Shown: one piece after another, positions 19,790-29,445 of the stretch
How positions within the stretch are numbered: the first letter of the stretch is position 1
Layout: the number at the start of each line of letters is the position of its first letter
Source of the DNA: Candidatus Zixiibacteriota bacterium
GTDB lineage: Bacteria > Zixibacteria > MSB-5A5 > CAIYYT01
DNA: 64,000 bases
Assembly (NCBI GenBank): GCA_040235515.1
Contig: JBECKX010000199.1
Span: 2,964 to 66,963 of the forward strand
Direction of reading: 5' to 3'
Notes under the pieces: generated by a model
Told to the model about the DNA's origin: nothing
Seen by the model: the letters and a program-made list of their open reading frames with translations, nothing else
The model's database searches: none
Made by a program: the position numbers and the translations under genes

Positions 19790-19850
19790 TCGTCACAACA
19801 TATCATATCGAGAACCACAGCTTCTGTCGAATCAAGCGGGGAGTTCAGCT

Positions 19851-20444
19851 TTGGAAAGAGACGTAGCGCAACCTGCAATAATGCAACAGCGATCAAAGTT
19901 CGTAACAGTTGTCGCATGGATATTTATCGCGCTGAGCGTGGCAGGAGTAATGCTCAGCCTTCTGCAATTTCTAATATTCGAATTCTTCTTTTCCCGGCCC
20001 GAATTCTCACAAGCTCTGGATGAGAGTGCGCAAATGGGCGTATTCCCACCGGGCTATTTCGACATGTTGGATAAGCTGCCTATTTTTGTGGCGATCTTCT
20101 CAGCGTGGTGTCTGCTTCATCTCATGTTTTCCGTGGGCCTGCTGAAAAGGATCAATCTCGCGCGGATCTTCTTCCTGGGTTCGCTGGCTCTCGGAATTGT
20201 CTACAATATCGGCAGCATGGTGTGGACATACTATTTGGTCAGTGATATCAAGATGCCCGGACAGGACGAACGAATGCAGGAATTTGTAGACAAGTTCAAC
20301 ACTCTTGGACTTGCGAGCAGCGCTGTCTTCAATATTCTAGTTGGAGTAGCCATAGTCTGGCTTATTTGGAAGCTATCACGGCCAGAGATCAGGGCGGAAT
20401 TCACGACTCAGACAATACCCCCAACGGCAGCTTCAAATTCCTGA
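19851..20444 (+). CDS. Hypothetical integral membrane protein (about 4 transmembrane helices).
   Basis: The ORF has four hydrophobic segments. I recognised no motif. Confidence 0.4.
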   Translation: MERDVAQPAIMQQRSKFVTVVAWIFIALSVAGVMLSLLQFLIFEFFFSRPEFSQALDESAQMGVFPPGYFDMLDKLPIFVAIFSAWCLLHLMFSVGLLKRINLARIFFLGSLALGIVYNIGSMVWTYYLVSDIKMPGQDERMQEFVDKFNTLGLASSAVFNILVGVAIVWLIWKLSRPEIRAEFTTQTIPPTAASNS

Positions 20445-20450
20445 ATCATA

Positions 20451-22262
20451 TCATTCCACTGCTTTCAGAATAAACTCAGGGACATATTGGCGCTTCGAAA
20501 TGTGCATCACGCTCTGACCATAGTTACCACCATAAATCAGCACCAGTAGATCAAGCTCAGGTATGCCGATTATGTACTGCCCACCGTTGCCGCCGGCATA
20601 GAATGCTGTCACGGTTCTCTCTTTGTAAGGATACTCGATCAGCCACCAGCCCAACCCATACTGCTCTCCCCACATCTCGGTAATGGCGGACACGGCCTCG
20701 TGAGCCCACTCCCTGCTCAGCAGTTGTTTTCCATGCCATCTCCCCTCATCAAGCATGAGCTGTCCCATTTTCATGAAGTCACGCGCTTTGATCCGCAAAC
20801 CGCCCCCGCCATACGCCTCTCCGGTCGGTGTGAGGTTGATATGGTAGAGCCCGATGTCGAGTGGTCTGGCAAAGTTCCGATAGAAATAGTCAGGCAGCCA
20901 CTCTCCGGTGGCCTTACTCAATACCGCCGCCGCCAGATTCATCCCGCCACTGCAATACGCGGCGTGCTCACCCGGCTCATGCTCCATCGGAAGCTCGAGC
21001 GTGAATTTCGTCCAATCGAGCTGATCGGTCTGGCTCTGCATTGCATCCTCATTACCGGGAGAGATCGGGTCGGCATCGTAGCAGGCGAGCCCGGAAGACA
21101 TAGTGAGCAGGTCTCTCAACGTCATCCGCGCGGCGCGTGGGTCAAGATCATCTGGAAAGTGGCCATCATACATCGTCTCGTACACTCTGGTGTTGAGTGA
21201 CACCGGTTCTCCACCTTCGATTGCCATTCCGACGAGCGTTGAAGTCACACTCTTCGATGCTGAACGCGTATCGTGAGGAGTCTCTCCGTCATAGCCATGG
21301 AAATACTCTTCCACCACCAGCCTGCCATGGCGGGCTATCAGGAGTGCATGGATCAACGGCACATTGATTGAATCGATGTTGTTGGCGGCGATCATTCTAA
21401 TCAGCTCCTCGATCGGCTTGATTGCCATATCAACCTCTGCCAGTGTTGCCACTTCCCAGCCATCGCCCTTGTCCAGCGGCGGACGATAAGTGTAGATGGG
21501 GTTCAGGCGCGGACGTGGAAAAAAGGCACAATTGGAATCGACCACCTGTTCGAATGTAAATGTCCTGCCGGCGTCGGGGATATCGATCGAGAATCTGTGC
21601 GAATCATTGTGAAACGTGCCTACAATGTCACTCTCGCCGGTGCCTGCCGAGCCGAATCCGAGGAAGTGGAGGTTGTTGCAGGTGAGTGTCGTATCGAGCA
21701 TGATCCGGTTGATGTTGAAAAAGCGTCCGAAGTTGACCTGCGGATTCAGAACAACCACACGCGCCAATGAGTCGTCGGTAGCGGCGATTGAGAAATAGAT
21801 CGTCATCCGGTCTGGCATCGGGACGACCTCTCCCTGCCAGAGGGAATCAGATACCTGCTCCAGAATGACAGGTGAGGCAAATGCTCCGCCGGCAGATTGC
21901 ACTCGCGGCTGAATCCAGTGCCCAACAATGCGCTCGTAGCCCTGTTCAAATCCTCCCCTGAACCAGCCGCGTTCGCCGGGGACGCTGAAATTTATCTGTT
22001 CCCCGAACACCTCCGCATCCACCAGGTAGTTCGAGATCTCCGCCTGCCAGCCCCGGTGAGTCCTTGCAATCGTCAACGTGCCGTGAAGCTCCGGACCGAA
22101 ATCCTCCTCTGCGACCCAAATCCCCGCAAGCTCTTCGGCAGGGTTCGTTGAGGCAGCCACCGAGACCGCAGAAACGAGGAGGCCCAGTACCAGGAGGAGG
22201 AAGGTCCGCCCCAAAACTCTGGCTTTGGCGTTGACTCTGAAGCTGACTTTGTATCCCATCAT
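20451..22262 (-). CDS. Secreted serine hydrolase, beta-lactamase/PBP4-like family, with an N-terminal extra domain.
   Basis: The start is re-called to MMGYK, which overlaps the GntR stop (ATGA). A signal peptide is present. The SxxK active-site motif occurs in SASKSVTSTLVGMAIEGG, and C-terminal class-C beta-lactamase-like blocks follow. Confidence 0.7.
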   Translation of the reverse strand: MMGYKVSFRVNAKARVLGRTFLLLVLGLLVSAVSVAASTNPAEELAGIWVAEEDFGPELHGTLTIARTHRGWQAEISNYLVDAEVFGEQINFSVPGERGWFRGGFEQGYERIVGHWIQPRVQSAGGAFASPVILEQVSDSLWQGEVVPMPDRMTIYFSIAATDDSLARVVVLNPQVNFGRFFNINRIMLDTTLTCNNLHFLGFGSAGTGESDIVGTFHNDSHRFSIDIPDAGRTFTFEQVVDSNCAFFPRPRLNPIYTYRPPLDKGDGWEVATLAEVDMAIKPIEELIRMIAANNIDSINVPLIHALLIARHGRLVVEEYFHGYDGETPHDTRSASKSVTSTLVGMAIEGGEPVSLNTRVYETMYDGHFPDDLDPRAARMTLRDLLTMSSGLACYDADPISPGNEDAMQSQTDQLDWTKFTLELPMEHEPGEHAAYCSGGMNLAAAVLSKATGEWLPDYFYRNFARPLDIGLYHINLTPTGEAYGGGGLRIKARDFMKMGQLMLDEGRWHGKQLLSREWAHEAVSAITEMWGEQYGLGWWLIEYPYKERTVTAFYAGGNGGQYIIGIPELDLLVLIYGGNYGQSVMHISKRQYVPEFILKAVE

Positions 22263-22933
22263 TTTACTCCGTCTCCTTCGTTCCGTTGTGCCAGCCACTC
22301 CAGGACCGGCTTGACGCCATCCTCAAGACTCTTCCGCAGGCGCGAGCATGCCCGGGTCAATTGACCACGTCGCAGGTAGTCGACGATTTCCGCCTTCGAT
22401 GCCGATGATGATGCCAGCACTCTCGTTTCCCGCAGTACTGCCAATTCGTATCGCCTGGTCTTCTGCATGTAGCTCCGGATCAAGCACAGCAGTTCGGAGT
22501 TGGGGCAGTCGGCATAGAGTAAGAGATGCCACTGGTCGTCGAACTTAACCGCGCTCTCCGCCTGCCTGGCATTGAGGAGTTTATCTTGCAACTTCTCCAA
22601 TTCAGCAAGCCGGGTCGACGAGGGAATTCCCGACAGCCGCAATGCCTCCGGATCAAGCAGTGAACGAATCGGATAAATCTCCGCTGCTTCGATCTCGGAT
22701 AGTTGCTTTACCATAACGCCGCGACGGGGCAACCTGACCAGCGCGCCCTCCGCCACCAGGGTCGTGAGTGCTTCACGCAGGGGCGTGCGGCTGACCGAGA
22801 GTCGTTGTGCCAATTCAATCTCCCGCAGCCATTCGCCGGGAGCGAGCTTGCCGTCGAGGATCATGTGGCGCAGCGTATCAGCCAGGTCGCCGCTGATATT
22901 TTTTCGTCGTTGAAAACCGAGGTTTTCGGGCAT
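22259..22933 (-). CDS. GntR-family transcriptional regulator.
   Basis: The ATG at 22933 has a strong GGAGGTGG ribosome-binding site. A winged helix-turn-helix is present (LAPGEWLREIELAQRLSVSRTPLREALTTLVAEGAL). The C-terminal domain is FadR/FCD-like. Confidence 0.8.
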   Translation of the reverse strand: MPENLGFQRRKNISGDLADTLRHMILDGKLAPGEWLREIELAQRLSVSRTPLREALTTLVAEGALVRLPRRGVMVKQLSEIEAAEIYPIRSLLDPEALRLSGIPSSTRLAELEKLQDKLLNARQAESAVKFDDQWHLLLYADCPNSELLCLIRSYMQKTRRYELAVLRETRVLASSSASKAEIVDYLRRGQLTRACSRLRKSLEDGVKPVLEWLAQRNEGDGVK

Positions 22934-22953
22934 TCCACCTCCGAATAATTGCA

Positions 22954-22967
22954 TATTGTATACAATA
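22954..22967. promoter_or_regulatory. Perfect 14-bp palindrome TATTGTATACAATA, a candidate GntR operator.
   Basis: It lies about 20 nt upstream of the GntR start. The GT-N-AC core (tGTATACa) is the canonical GntR-family operator architecture. Confidence 0.45.
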
Positions 22968-23272
22968 ATCTGTACGGTACGCCGCGCCTCTTGTTGCGTC
23001 GCCGGAGCGGAAAAACTCAATCTTTTCTAACCGTTGCGCGCTGGTTTCGGCGAGAATGAGGTGTCTATAACTTATGCTGCCAGCCGGGGTGGCATCGTAC
23101 CACCGTATACGGGATAGGAAAAGTGCGATTTCCGGGGAACAGCTGGAACCGCCGGTTCGTTTCTAAGTAAGTCACTTGAGAGACTTGATATAACACGATC
23201 ATTTGGATAGCTTGGCGGGGCATACATAGTTCGCGCACAGCACACACTTCTCGGAGAAATGAGATCGCCGTA

Positions 23273-24583
23273 GTGATAATGAAGTTCACCCGTATCGCCC
23301 TCTGTCCAATCCTGGCTCTCCTGATCAATGCGAGCTGCTCAAGTGAAGCGCAGGAGAACCGCTCAAATCAACTGGTGCCGGCCGTGGAAGCTGTTCAGGC
23401 GCGTTACGGCGCATTGCCCCTCAGTGAAAGATTCAGCGGCATCGTCAAAGCCAAAAATCAGGTAGGGATCTACCCGGAGGTGGAAGCTCCCATCACGAAG
23501 GTTCATGCCGTGAATGGTGATGTTGTTGCCAAGGGCGACCCGCTGGTGACGTTACGCGACCGCGAATTGCAGGAGCGCCTGAAGCAGGCGAAAGCTGATT
23601 ACCAGATAGCTGTAGCCCAGGCAAGACAGGCAGAGGCGCGGTTGAAGGAAGTTACCAACGAACTTAATCGAACCCGCAGACTGGCCGAACAGCAACTGGC
23701 CAGCGACGCTGAACTTGAGGCGATTGAGACTAAAGCGGCATCCGCCGAAGCGGACTACGAGCTGGCGCAGGCGCGTGTCGATCAAGCACAGGCCACCGTC
23801 GATGAACGTCAGGAGGCGCTCTCTCGTACCGTAGTTCGTGCTCCCGTCGCAGGGTCGATCGGCAATCGGAATGCCGAGATCGGAATGCTTGTTAACAGCA
23901 ACACCCAGCTCTTCACCCTCGGCAAACTCGATACAGTCACCGTAGAGATCGTTCTTACCGACAGGATGCTCCGCTATATCGAGACCGGTATGCGCTGTGA
24001 TATCGCCGCCGGATTTGGTGGCGCAATGCTGAGTGCACCGTTGACTCGAATTTCACCTTTCCTTCATCCGATTACGCACAGTACTGAAGCAGAGATTGAT
24101 CTGCCAAACCCGGATCGGGTGCTCAAGTCCGGGATGTTTGTTTCTGTTGATATCTACTATGGCGAGAGTGAACAGGCAACCCTTGTGCCGCTCAGCGCGC
24201 TGTACGAGAATCCAGCCACCGGCGAAACTGGAGTCTATGCCGCACCCGCTGCTTCGCTGTCGACGATGCATACCGCCGTCGAGCCGGGAGTCAAACCTGA
24301 GCTGACGGACGCCGTGAATTTCCGCTTTATCGCCGTCGATGTCGTCGCCGAAGGCCGGATGAGTGCGGGGGTGACCGGTGTCAAACCGGAGGATTGGGTG
24401 ATCACGATCGGCCAGGACCTGATAGGTGCCGACTCCGGCGCCGCCCGGGTTAGAACTGTCGATTGGAACTGGGTAGAGAAACTGCAGACGATGCAGCGCG
24501 AAGACTTACTTGAAGATATTATGAAGAAGCAGCAGAGCGAAAGCGCCGATTCGGTGGCTGCGCAACCGCTGCCCGGCAGTTAG
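23273..24583 (+). CDS. Efflux RND transporter periplasmic adaptor subunit (membrane fusion protein).
   Basis: A lipoprotein signal (LLINASCSS) is followed by a coiled-coil hairpin region rich in AQA/EA repeats and biotin-lipoyl-like and beta-barrel segments typical of AcrA/HlyD-family adaptors. Confidence 0.85.
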   Translation: MIMKFTRIALCPILALLINASCSSEAQENRSNQLVPAVEAVQARYGALPLSERFSGIVKAKNQVGIYPEVEAPITKVHAVNGDVVAKGDPLVTLRDRELQERLKQAKADYQIAVAQARQAEARLKEVTNELNRTRRLAEQQLASDAELEAIETKAASAEADYELAQARVDQAQATVDERQEALSRTVVRAPVAGSIGNRNAEIGMLVNSNTQLFTLGKLDTVTVEIVLTDRMLRYIETGMRCDIAAGFGGAMLSAPLTRISPFLHPITHSTEAEIDLPNPDRVLKSGMFVSVDIYYGESEQATLVPLSALYENPATGETGVYAAPAASLSTMHTAVEPGVKPELTDAVNFRFIAVDVVAEGRMSAGVTGVKPEDWVITIGQDLIGADSGAARVRTVDWNWVEKLQTMQREDLLEDIMKKQQSESADSVAAQPLPGS

Positions 24584-24613
24584 TCGGCTATAGAAGGCAG
24601 CCAGGATTATCTG

Positions 24614-27600
24614 ATGAGTGTGACCAGCACAGCAGTCAAACGCCCGATCGCCACCACGATGGTGTTCCTGATTATCATCGTGCTTGGCGTCATGGGGCTG
24701 CGTTTCCTGCCGGTTGACCTGTTGCCGCCGATCGATTACCCGAACCTCAGCATCTTCACGAACTATCCCAATGTCGGCCCTGAAGAGATCGAGACAATCA
24801 TCACGGACCGAATCGAGAATGCAATCGCGAGTGTTCCCAATATCGAAGAGGTAAGATCAAGTTCCGAGGAGGGGCGCAGCCGGGTTACCCTCGAGTTCGC
24901 GCAGGGCACCAATCTCGATGAAGCGGCGAATGATGTCCGCGCGGCGCTCGATCGGGTTCGCGATGATTTTCCTCCTGAGGTGGAAGCTCCCCGACTGCGC
25001 AAGTTTGACCCCGATAATTTTCCGATCGTAATCCTCGGCGCCCAGTCGAGTCGCAGTATGGATGAACTCACGCAGATACTCGAGCGTGAGATCTCGCAGC
25101 GCTTCGAGCAAATCCCGGGCGTTGGTTCAGTCGATGTTTGGGGCGGAGTCTACCGCGAGATTCAGGTTCGATTGATGCGTGATCGACTGGCATCGAGCCA
25201 GCTTACGGCCGACGACGTTCGCCAGGCGCTGTTGCGCGAGAATATCACGCTCCCCGGTGGTGACATGCGCGAGGGAATCCGTGATATGTATATCCGCACC
25301 AAGGGTGAGTTTGAGTCGCTCGATCAGATCTCGAATACCATCATCCGGATGGTGGACGGCAAACCGATTCGAGTGGGTGATGTGGCGGAGGTGGTCGACG
25401 GCTACGAGGATATTAATCGCATCGTCCAGATCGATGGCCGCCCGATGGTTCGGCTTGGCATTCGCAAACAATCAGGCGCCAATACTGTGGCCGTGGCAGA
25501 AAAGGCAAGAGCGGTAATGGAGCAGATCGATCGTGAACGCGATGACCTGCACCTGATGATGGTTGTGGACCAGAGTGAATTCATCAAGGATTCAATCAAC
25601 AACGTACAAAAATCTGCACTCTGGGGCGGTCTGCTTGCAATCCTCGTGCTCTATCTGTTTCTGCGCAACGGCTCGGCGACCTTTATCATCGCACTCTCCA
25701 TCCCGATCTCGATTACCGCGACATTCGCAGTGCTCTTCTTCAGCGATCTCACACTCAACCAGATGAGTTTCGGGGGGCTGGCGCTTGGCATTGGGTTGAT
25801 TGTCGATAACTCGATCGTCGTGCTGGAGAATATCGTGCGCCTGCGCGAAAATAAGCATAGCCTGCAGGAAAGCGCGCTCGTCGGTACACAGCAGGTAATC
25901 GGCGCGATCATCGCGTCAACCCTTACTACCTCCGTTATCTTTCTGCCGGTCATTTTTATGCAGACTATCTCCGGCATGCTCTTCCGAGAACTGGCGCTGG
26001 TTGTGGTCTTCGCACTGGCTTGTTCATTGGTGGTTGCGATCTCGCTGGTGCCGATGCTCGCCAGCCGTTTCCTTTCCGTCAAGAAGGGAGAACATATCAC
26101 CGATGACAAAGGTTCGAGGCTGGGACGGATTTTCCTCAAACTCGAGGATGGTTACACCAACTGGCTGAGCAAAGCCATTGAATACAAAAAGCTGGTCTTC
26201 GGAGTTACCATCTCGCTGCTCATCATTACCCTCTTCCTCTGGCCGTTGCTGCCGGTTGAACTCGCTCCCCAGACCGATGCGGACGAGATCGATGTCGATA
26301 TCGAGATGGCACAGGGAACCAACATAGCGGTCGTGAACCAGTACCTGCTGCAACTTGAACCGATCGTACGCTCGGTTATCCCGATGGATCAGGTGGAGCA
26401 CCTGACGACTGAGATTCGTCCCGGCGACGCGGAAGTGGAGATATCTCTCAAGAACGCGAATGAACGAACCATCAACAGTTTTGTCCTGGCGGATCGCATT
26501 CGGCGGGAGGTGAACGGTACTATCCCCGGATTCAATATCCGTGTCAGTGCGCAATCGGGCCTCTGGATGTTGCGCCGACTCTTTGGCAGCGGCGGAGGCA
26601 ATGCCCTCGAACTTGAAATCCGCGGCTACGACCTGGCAATGGCGGACCAACTCGCTAACGATCTTAAGAGCCTGATGGAACTTGACCCCGACATCGCCGA
26701 TGTGCGTGTCAGTCGCAGAGAGGGCCGTCCCGAGAACAACCTGATCATCGACCGCGAAAAGATCGCTGATCTGGGGCTCTCGGTTAACGATGTAGCCGAA
26801 GTGATTCAGACCAACATCGGCGGTAGCCGCGCCGGTTCATTCCGAGAGGGTGGCGATGAATTCCCGATCATGGTACGGTTGCAGCCCGGCGACAGGCTCA
26901 GCACGCAGGACTTAAGCAACATCGCCATTCAAACCGGCGCCGGGGAGATCCTGCCCGTATCCGCAGTGGTCACTTCCGAACGGCGTCGTTCTCCCACAGA
27001 AATCGAGCGCGTCAACGGCCAGCGCGTGACATATGTCACAGCCAATCTTGAGAGCGGCGCTGCACTGGGGAATGTGGTTGAGCGGCTGCAGGACCAGCTT
27101 CGGAAAATGCCTCTGCCCAAAGGCTTCTCACTGATCTTCGGCGGAGAGTATGAAGAACAGCAGAAGGCGCAAAAAGACTTTCTGCTTTCAATCTTCATGG
27201 CACTGATCCTGATCTACATGGTGATGGCAGCGCAGTTCGAACGGTTCATCGATCCCCTTATCGTGATGGTCGCGGTACCGCTGGCGATTATCGGAGTAGT
27301 GCCCACGCTGTTGCTTACCGGCACCACTCTCAACATGCAAAGCCTGATGGGGGTGATTATGCTGATCGGGATTGTGGTCAACAATGCGATTGTGCTGGTG
27401 GACTATATCAACCTGATGCGGCGTGAACAAAACCTCAGCGTTAGGGACGCGGTACTGCAGGCGGGGCGCCTGCGGCTCCGTCCGATCATGATGACCACCG
27501 CAACAACCGTACTTGGGATGCTCCCGCTCTCGTTCGGTACCGGAGCCGGTGGCGAGATTCAGGCAGCGCTGGCGCGCGCTGTGATCGGTGGACTCTCGAT

Positions 27601-27712
27601 CTCGACCCTCATCACCCTCGTGCTGATACCGGTAACGTATATATCGGTTTACAACCTCCTCGAACGGATCAAAGAACGCCGCGCAATCGCTGCCACCGTT
27701 GCTACCGATTGA
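24614..27712 (+). CDS. Efflux RND transporter permease (AcrB/CzcA superfamily).
   Basis: A 1032-aa protein with 12 transmembrane helices and two large periplasmic loops. Conserved AcrB blocks are present (e.g. GGLALGIGLIVDNSIVVLENI and VPLAIIGVVPTLLLTGTTLN). Confidence 0.93.
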   Translation: MSVTSTAVKRPIATTMVFLIIIVLGVMGLRFLPVDLLPPIDYPNLSIFTNYPNVGPEEIETIITDRIENAIASVPNIEEVRSSSEEGRSRVTLEFAQGTNLDEAANDVRAALDRVRDDFPPEVEAPRLRKFDPDNFPIVILGAQSSRSMDELTQILEREISQRFEQIPGVGSVDVWGGVYREIQVRLMRDRLASSQLTADDVRQALLRENITLPGGDMREGIRDMYIRTKGEFESLDQISNTIIRMVDGKPIRVGDVAEVVDGYEDINRIVQIDGRPMVRLGIRKQSGANTVAVAEKARAVMEQIDRERDDLHLMMVVDQSEFIKDSINNVQKSALWGGLLAILVLYLFLRNGSATFIIALSIPISITATFAVLFFSDLTLNQMSFGGLALGIGLIVDNSIVVLENIVRLRENKHSLQESALVGTQQVIGAIIASTLTTSVIFLPVIFMQTISGMLFRELALVVVFALACSLVVAISLVPMLASRFLSVKKGEHITDDKGSRLGRIFLKLEDGYTNWLSKAIEYKKLVFGVTISLLIITLFLWPLLPVELAPQTDADEIDVDIEMAQGTNIAVVNQYLLQLEPIVRSVIPMDQVEHLTTEIRPGDAEVEISLKNANERTINSFVLADRIRREVNGTIPGFNIRVSAQSGLWMLRRLFGSGGGNALELEIRGYDLAMADQLANDLKSLMELDPDIADVRVSRREGRPENNLIIDREKIADLGLSVNDVAEVIQTNIGGSRAGSFREGGDEFPIMVRLQPGDRLSTQDLSNIAIQTGAGEILPVSAVVTSERRRSPTEIERVNGQRVTYVTANLESGAALGNVVERLQDQLRKMPLPKGFSLIFGGEYEEQQKAQKDFLLSIFMALILIYMVMAAQFERFIDPLIVMVAVPLAIIGVVPTLLLTGTTLNMQSLMGVIMLIGIVVNNAIVLVDYINLMRREQNLSVRDAVLQAGRLRLRPIMMTTATTVLGMLPLSFGTGAGGEIQAALARAVIGGLSISTLITLVLIPVTYISVYNLLERIKERRAIAATVATD

Positions 27713-27932
27713 CACACCCGTCACTGCGGCAGATAGATTTTTCACAGACAACCTTGATTCTTCTGGCGCTGTTGTCGAGAAGTCGACAGACTGATGCATC
27801 ACACTTTCCTTTACAAACGGAGGGTCAATGCTAAGAGGTCTCCTCTGCGCAGCGTCACTTGACCTTTGTCGATAACATCGATGCGGATATTGCAAATATC
27901 AGAGAGTTTCTGAATGACGTGGAGGCGTTACG

Positions 27933-28940
27933 ATGAAAGCAAATTCACTAATGTCGGTAGTATTGCTGTTACTGACTGTCGGTTCTATCCTGCCCGGCGG
28001 CTCGCTCGCAACGCAAGCTGCGGAAGCTGATGCGATCGCCACCTTCTCGATCGTGGCACGCGATCCTGCGACTAACGAACTTGGTGTGGCGGTTGCGTCC
28101 CGGTTCTTCGCCGTGGGATCGGTGGTCCCCTGGGCGCGTGCGGATGTCGGAGCTGTTGCGACACAGGCATACGCCAATACCACCTTCGGATGGCGTGCGC
28201 TCGATATGCTGGAAGCCGGCATGAGCGTGGAGGCAATTCGCGATTCCCTGGTCGCCTCCGATCCCGGCTCGGCTCGTCGGCAATTTGGCATTGTTGCCGC
28301 GAACGGCGAGGCGGTGACTTTTACGGGAGATAGCTGTTCATCATGGGCCGGCGGGCGCGCTGGCGCAAACTACGCGATTCAGGGCAATATCCTCGCCGGC
28401 GAGCAGGTGGTAGCGCAAATGGAGAAAGCATTTCTGGCTTCACAGGGATCACTGGCATCACGACTGTATGCCGCGTTGCTTGCAGGCGAGGCGGTCGGCG
28501 GTGACTCCCGCGGAAAGCAATCTGCCGCGATTTATGTGGTAAAGGCCGGTGCCGGGTACGGCGGCTTCACCGACAACGCGATCGATATCAGAGTGGATGA
28601 CAGCCCCGAGCCATTTCAAGAGATTGGCCGACTCCTCAATATCGCCGAAATGAATTACTCGTGGAATGAAGCCTGGACGCTGTTTACCAGGAAGGAATTC
28701 AAGGAAGCTCTGCCCCTGATGGAGCGAACCGCACGCCTGGCTCCCGACTATGCCGAAGTGCTCTATGATCTCGCCGTGATTCGATTGGCCAATGACGATG
28801 TGCGTGGCGCACTGACTGCGCTGGAGGGGGCACTGAAGCTCAGCCCCAAACTGGCCGAATCCGCCAGAGCGGATCATGATTTCGACAAGCTGCGTGGCGA
28901 GAAGCAGTTCGAGTCACTGCTCGATACTGCGGGTCGCTAG
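27933..28940 (+). CDS. Secreted DUF1028 (Ntn-hydrolase-like) domain protein with a C-terminal TPR region.
   Basis: A signal peptide is present. TFSIVARDPATNELGVAVAS is the characteristic DUF1028 N-terminus. The TPR-like C-terminus reads EAWTLFTRKEFKEALPLMERTARLAPDYAEVLYDLA. Confidence 0.6.
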   Translation: MKANSLMSVVLLLLTVGSILPGGSLATQAAEADAIATFSIVARDPATNELGVAVASRFFAVGSVVPWARADVGAVATQAYANTTFGWRALDMLEAGMSVEAIRDSLVASDPGSARRQFGIVAANGEAVTFTGDSCSSWAGGRAGANYAIQGNILAGEQVVAQMEKAFLASQGSLASRLYAALLAGEAVGGDSRGKQSAAIYVVKAGAGYGGFTDNAIDIRVDDSPEPFQEIGRLLNIAEMNYSWNEAWTLFTRKEFKEALPLMERTARLAPDYAEVLYDLAVIRLANDDVRGALTALEGALKLSPKLAESARADHDFDKLRGEKQFESLLDTAGR

Positions 28941-28951
28941 TCCGATTCGAA

Positions 28952-29422
28952 TCATCCGAGCCTGCCAGCGATCTCATCAAGGTCGCTGGTCAACCACTGC
29001 TTCGAGTCAGCATCACTGACCCTGCCGGCTAGAGTGCGGGCCTCTTCAAGATGCGCCTTTGCCTTCTCTCTATTGTCAGCGACCAATTCTGCTCGTGCGA
29101 GCGCCTCGTAGGCATATCCGAGATAGAACGGCTCCTCCGCGCTCGTGTAACTCCTCGACAACTCGCCCGCCTGCCGTGCGTTGTCGGAATCGCCCAGTAG
29201 AGCGTAGATTCGCGCCGCCTGCCAGTAGCCGATCGAGAGGTTGCGGCTCGTGCACTCCTTCCGCTGCGTCCAATGCCAGATCGATGCCTGATTCAGCAGG
29301 ATCATCTGACGGTTATCTTCAGGAGTTCGCTCCTTCTTCTCGATCAACTCCCACGCCTTATTGAAGCAGTCTGCTGCGAAGAACTTGTGGGCTGATTCCA
29401 TATCGAAGTCTGGTTGCGCCAT
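28952..29422 (-). CDS. Hypothetical TPR-like helical protein, co-transcribed downstream of Ser/Thr kinase 1.
   Basis: The start lies 23 nt after the kinase stop. The ORF has helical-repeat character but no recognised catalytic motif. Confidence 0.4.
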   Translation of the reverse strand: MAQPDFDMESAHKFFAADCFNKAWELIEKKERTPEDNRQMILLNQASIWHWTQRKECTSRNLSIGYWQAARIYALLGDSDNARQAGELSRSYTSAEEPFYLGYAYEALARAELVADNREKAKAHLEEARTLAGRVSDADSKQWLTSDLDEIAGRLG

Positions 29423-29445
29423 TGCTTAACCCTTCCTTACTCCAG

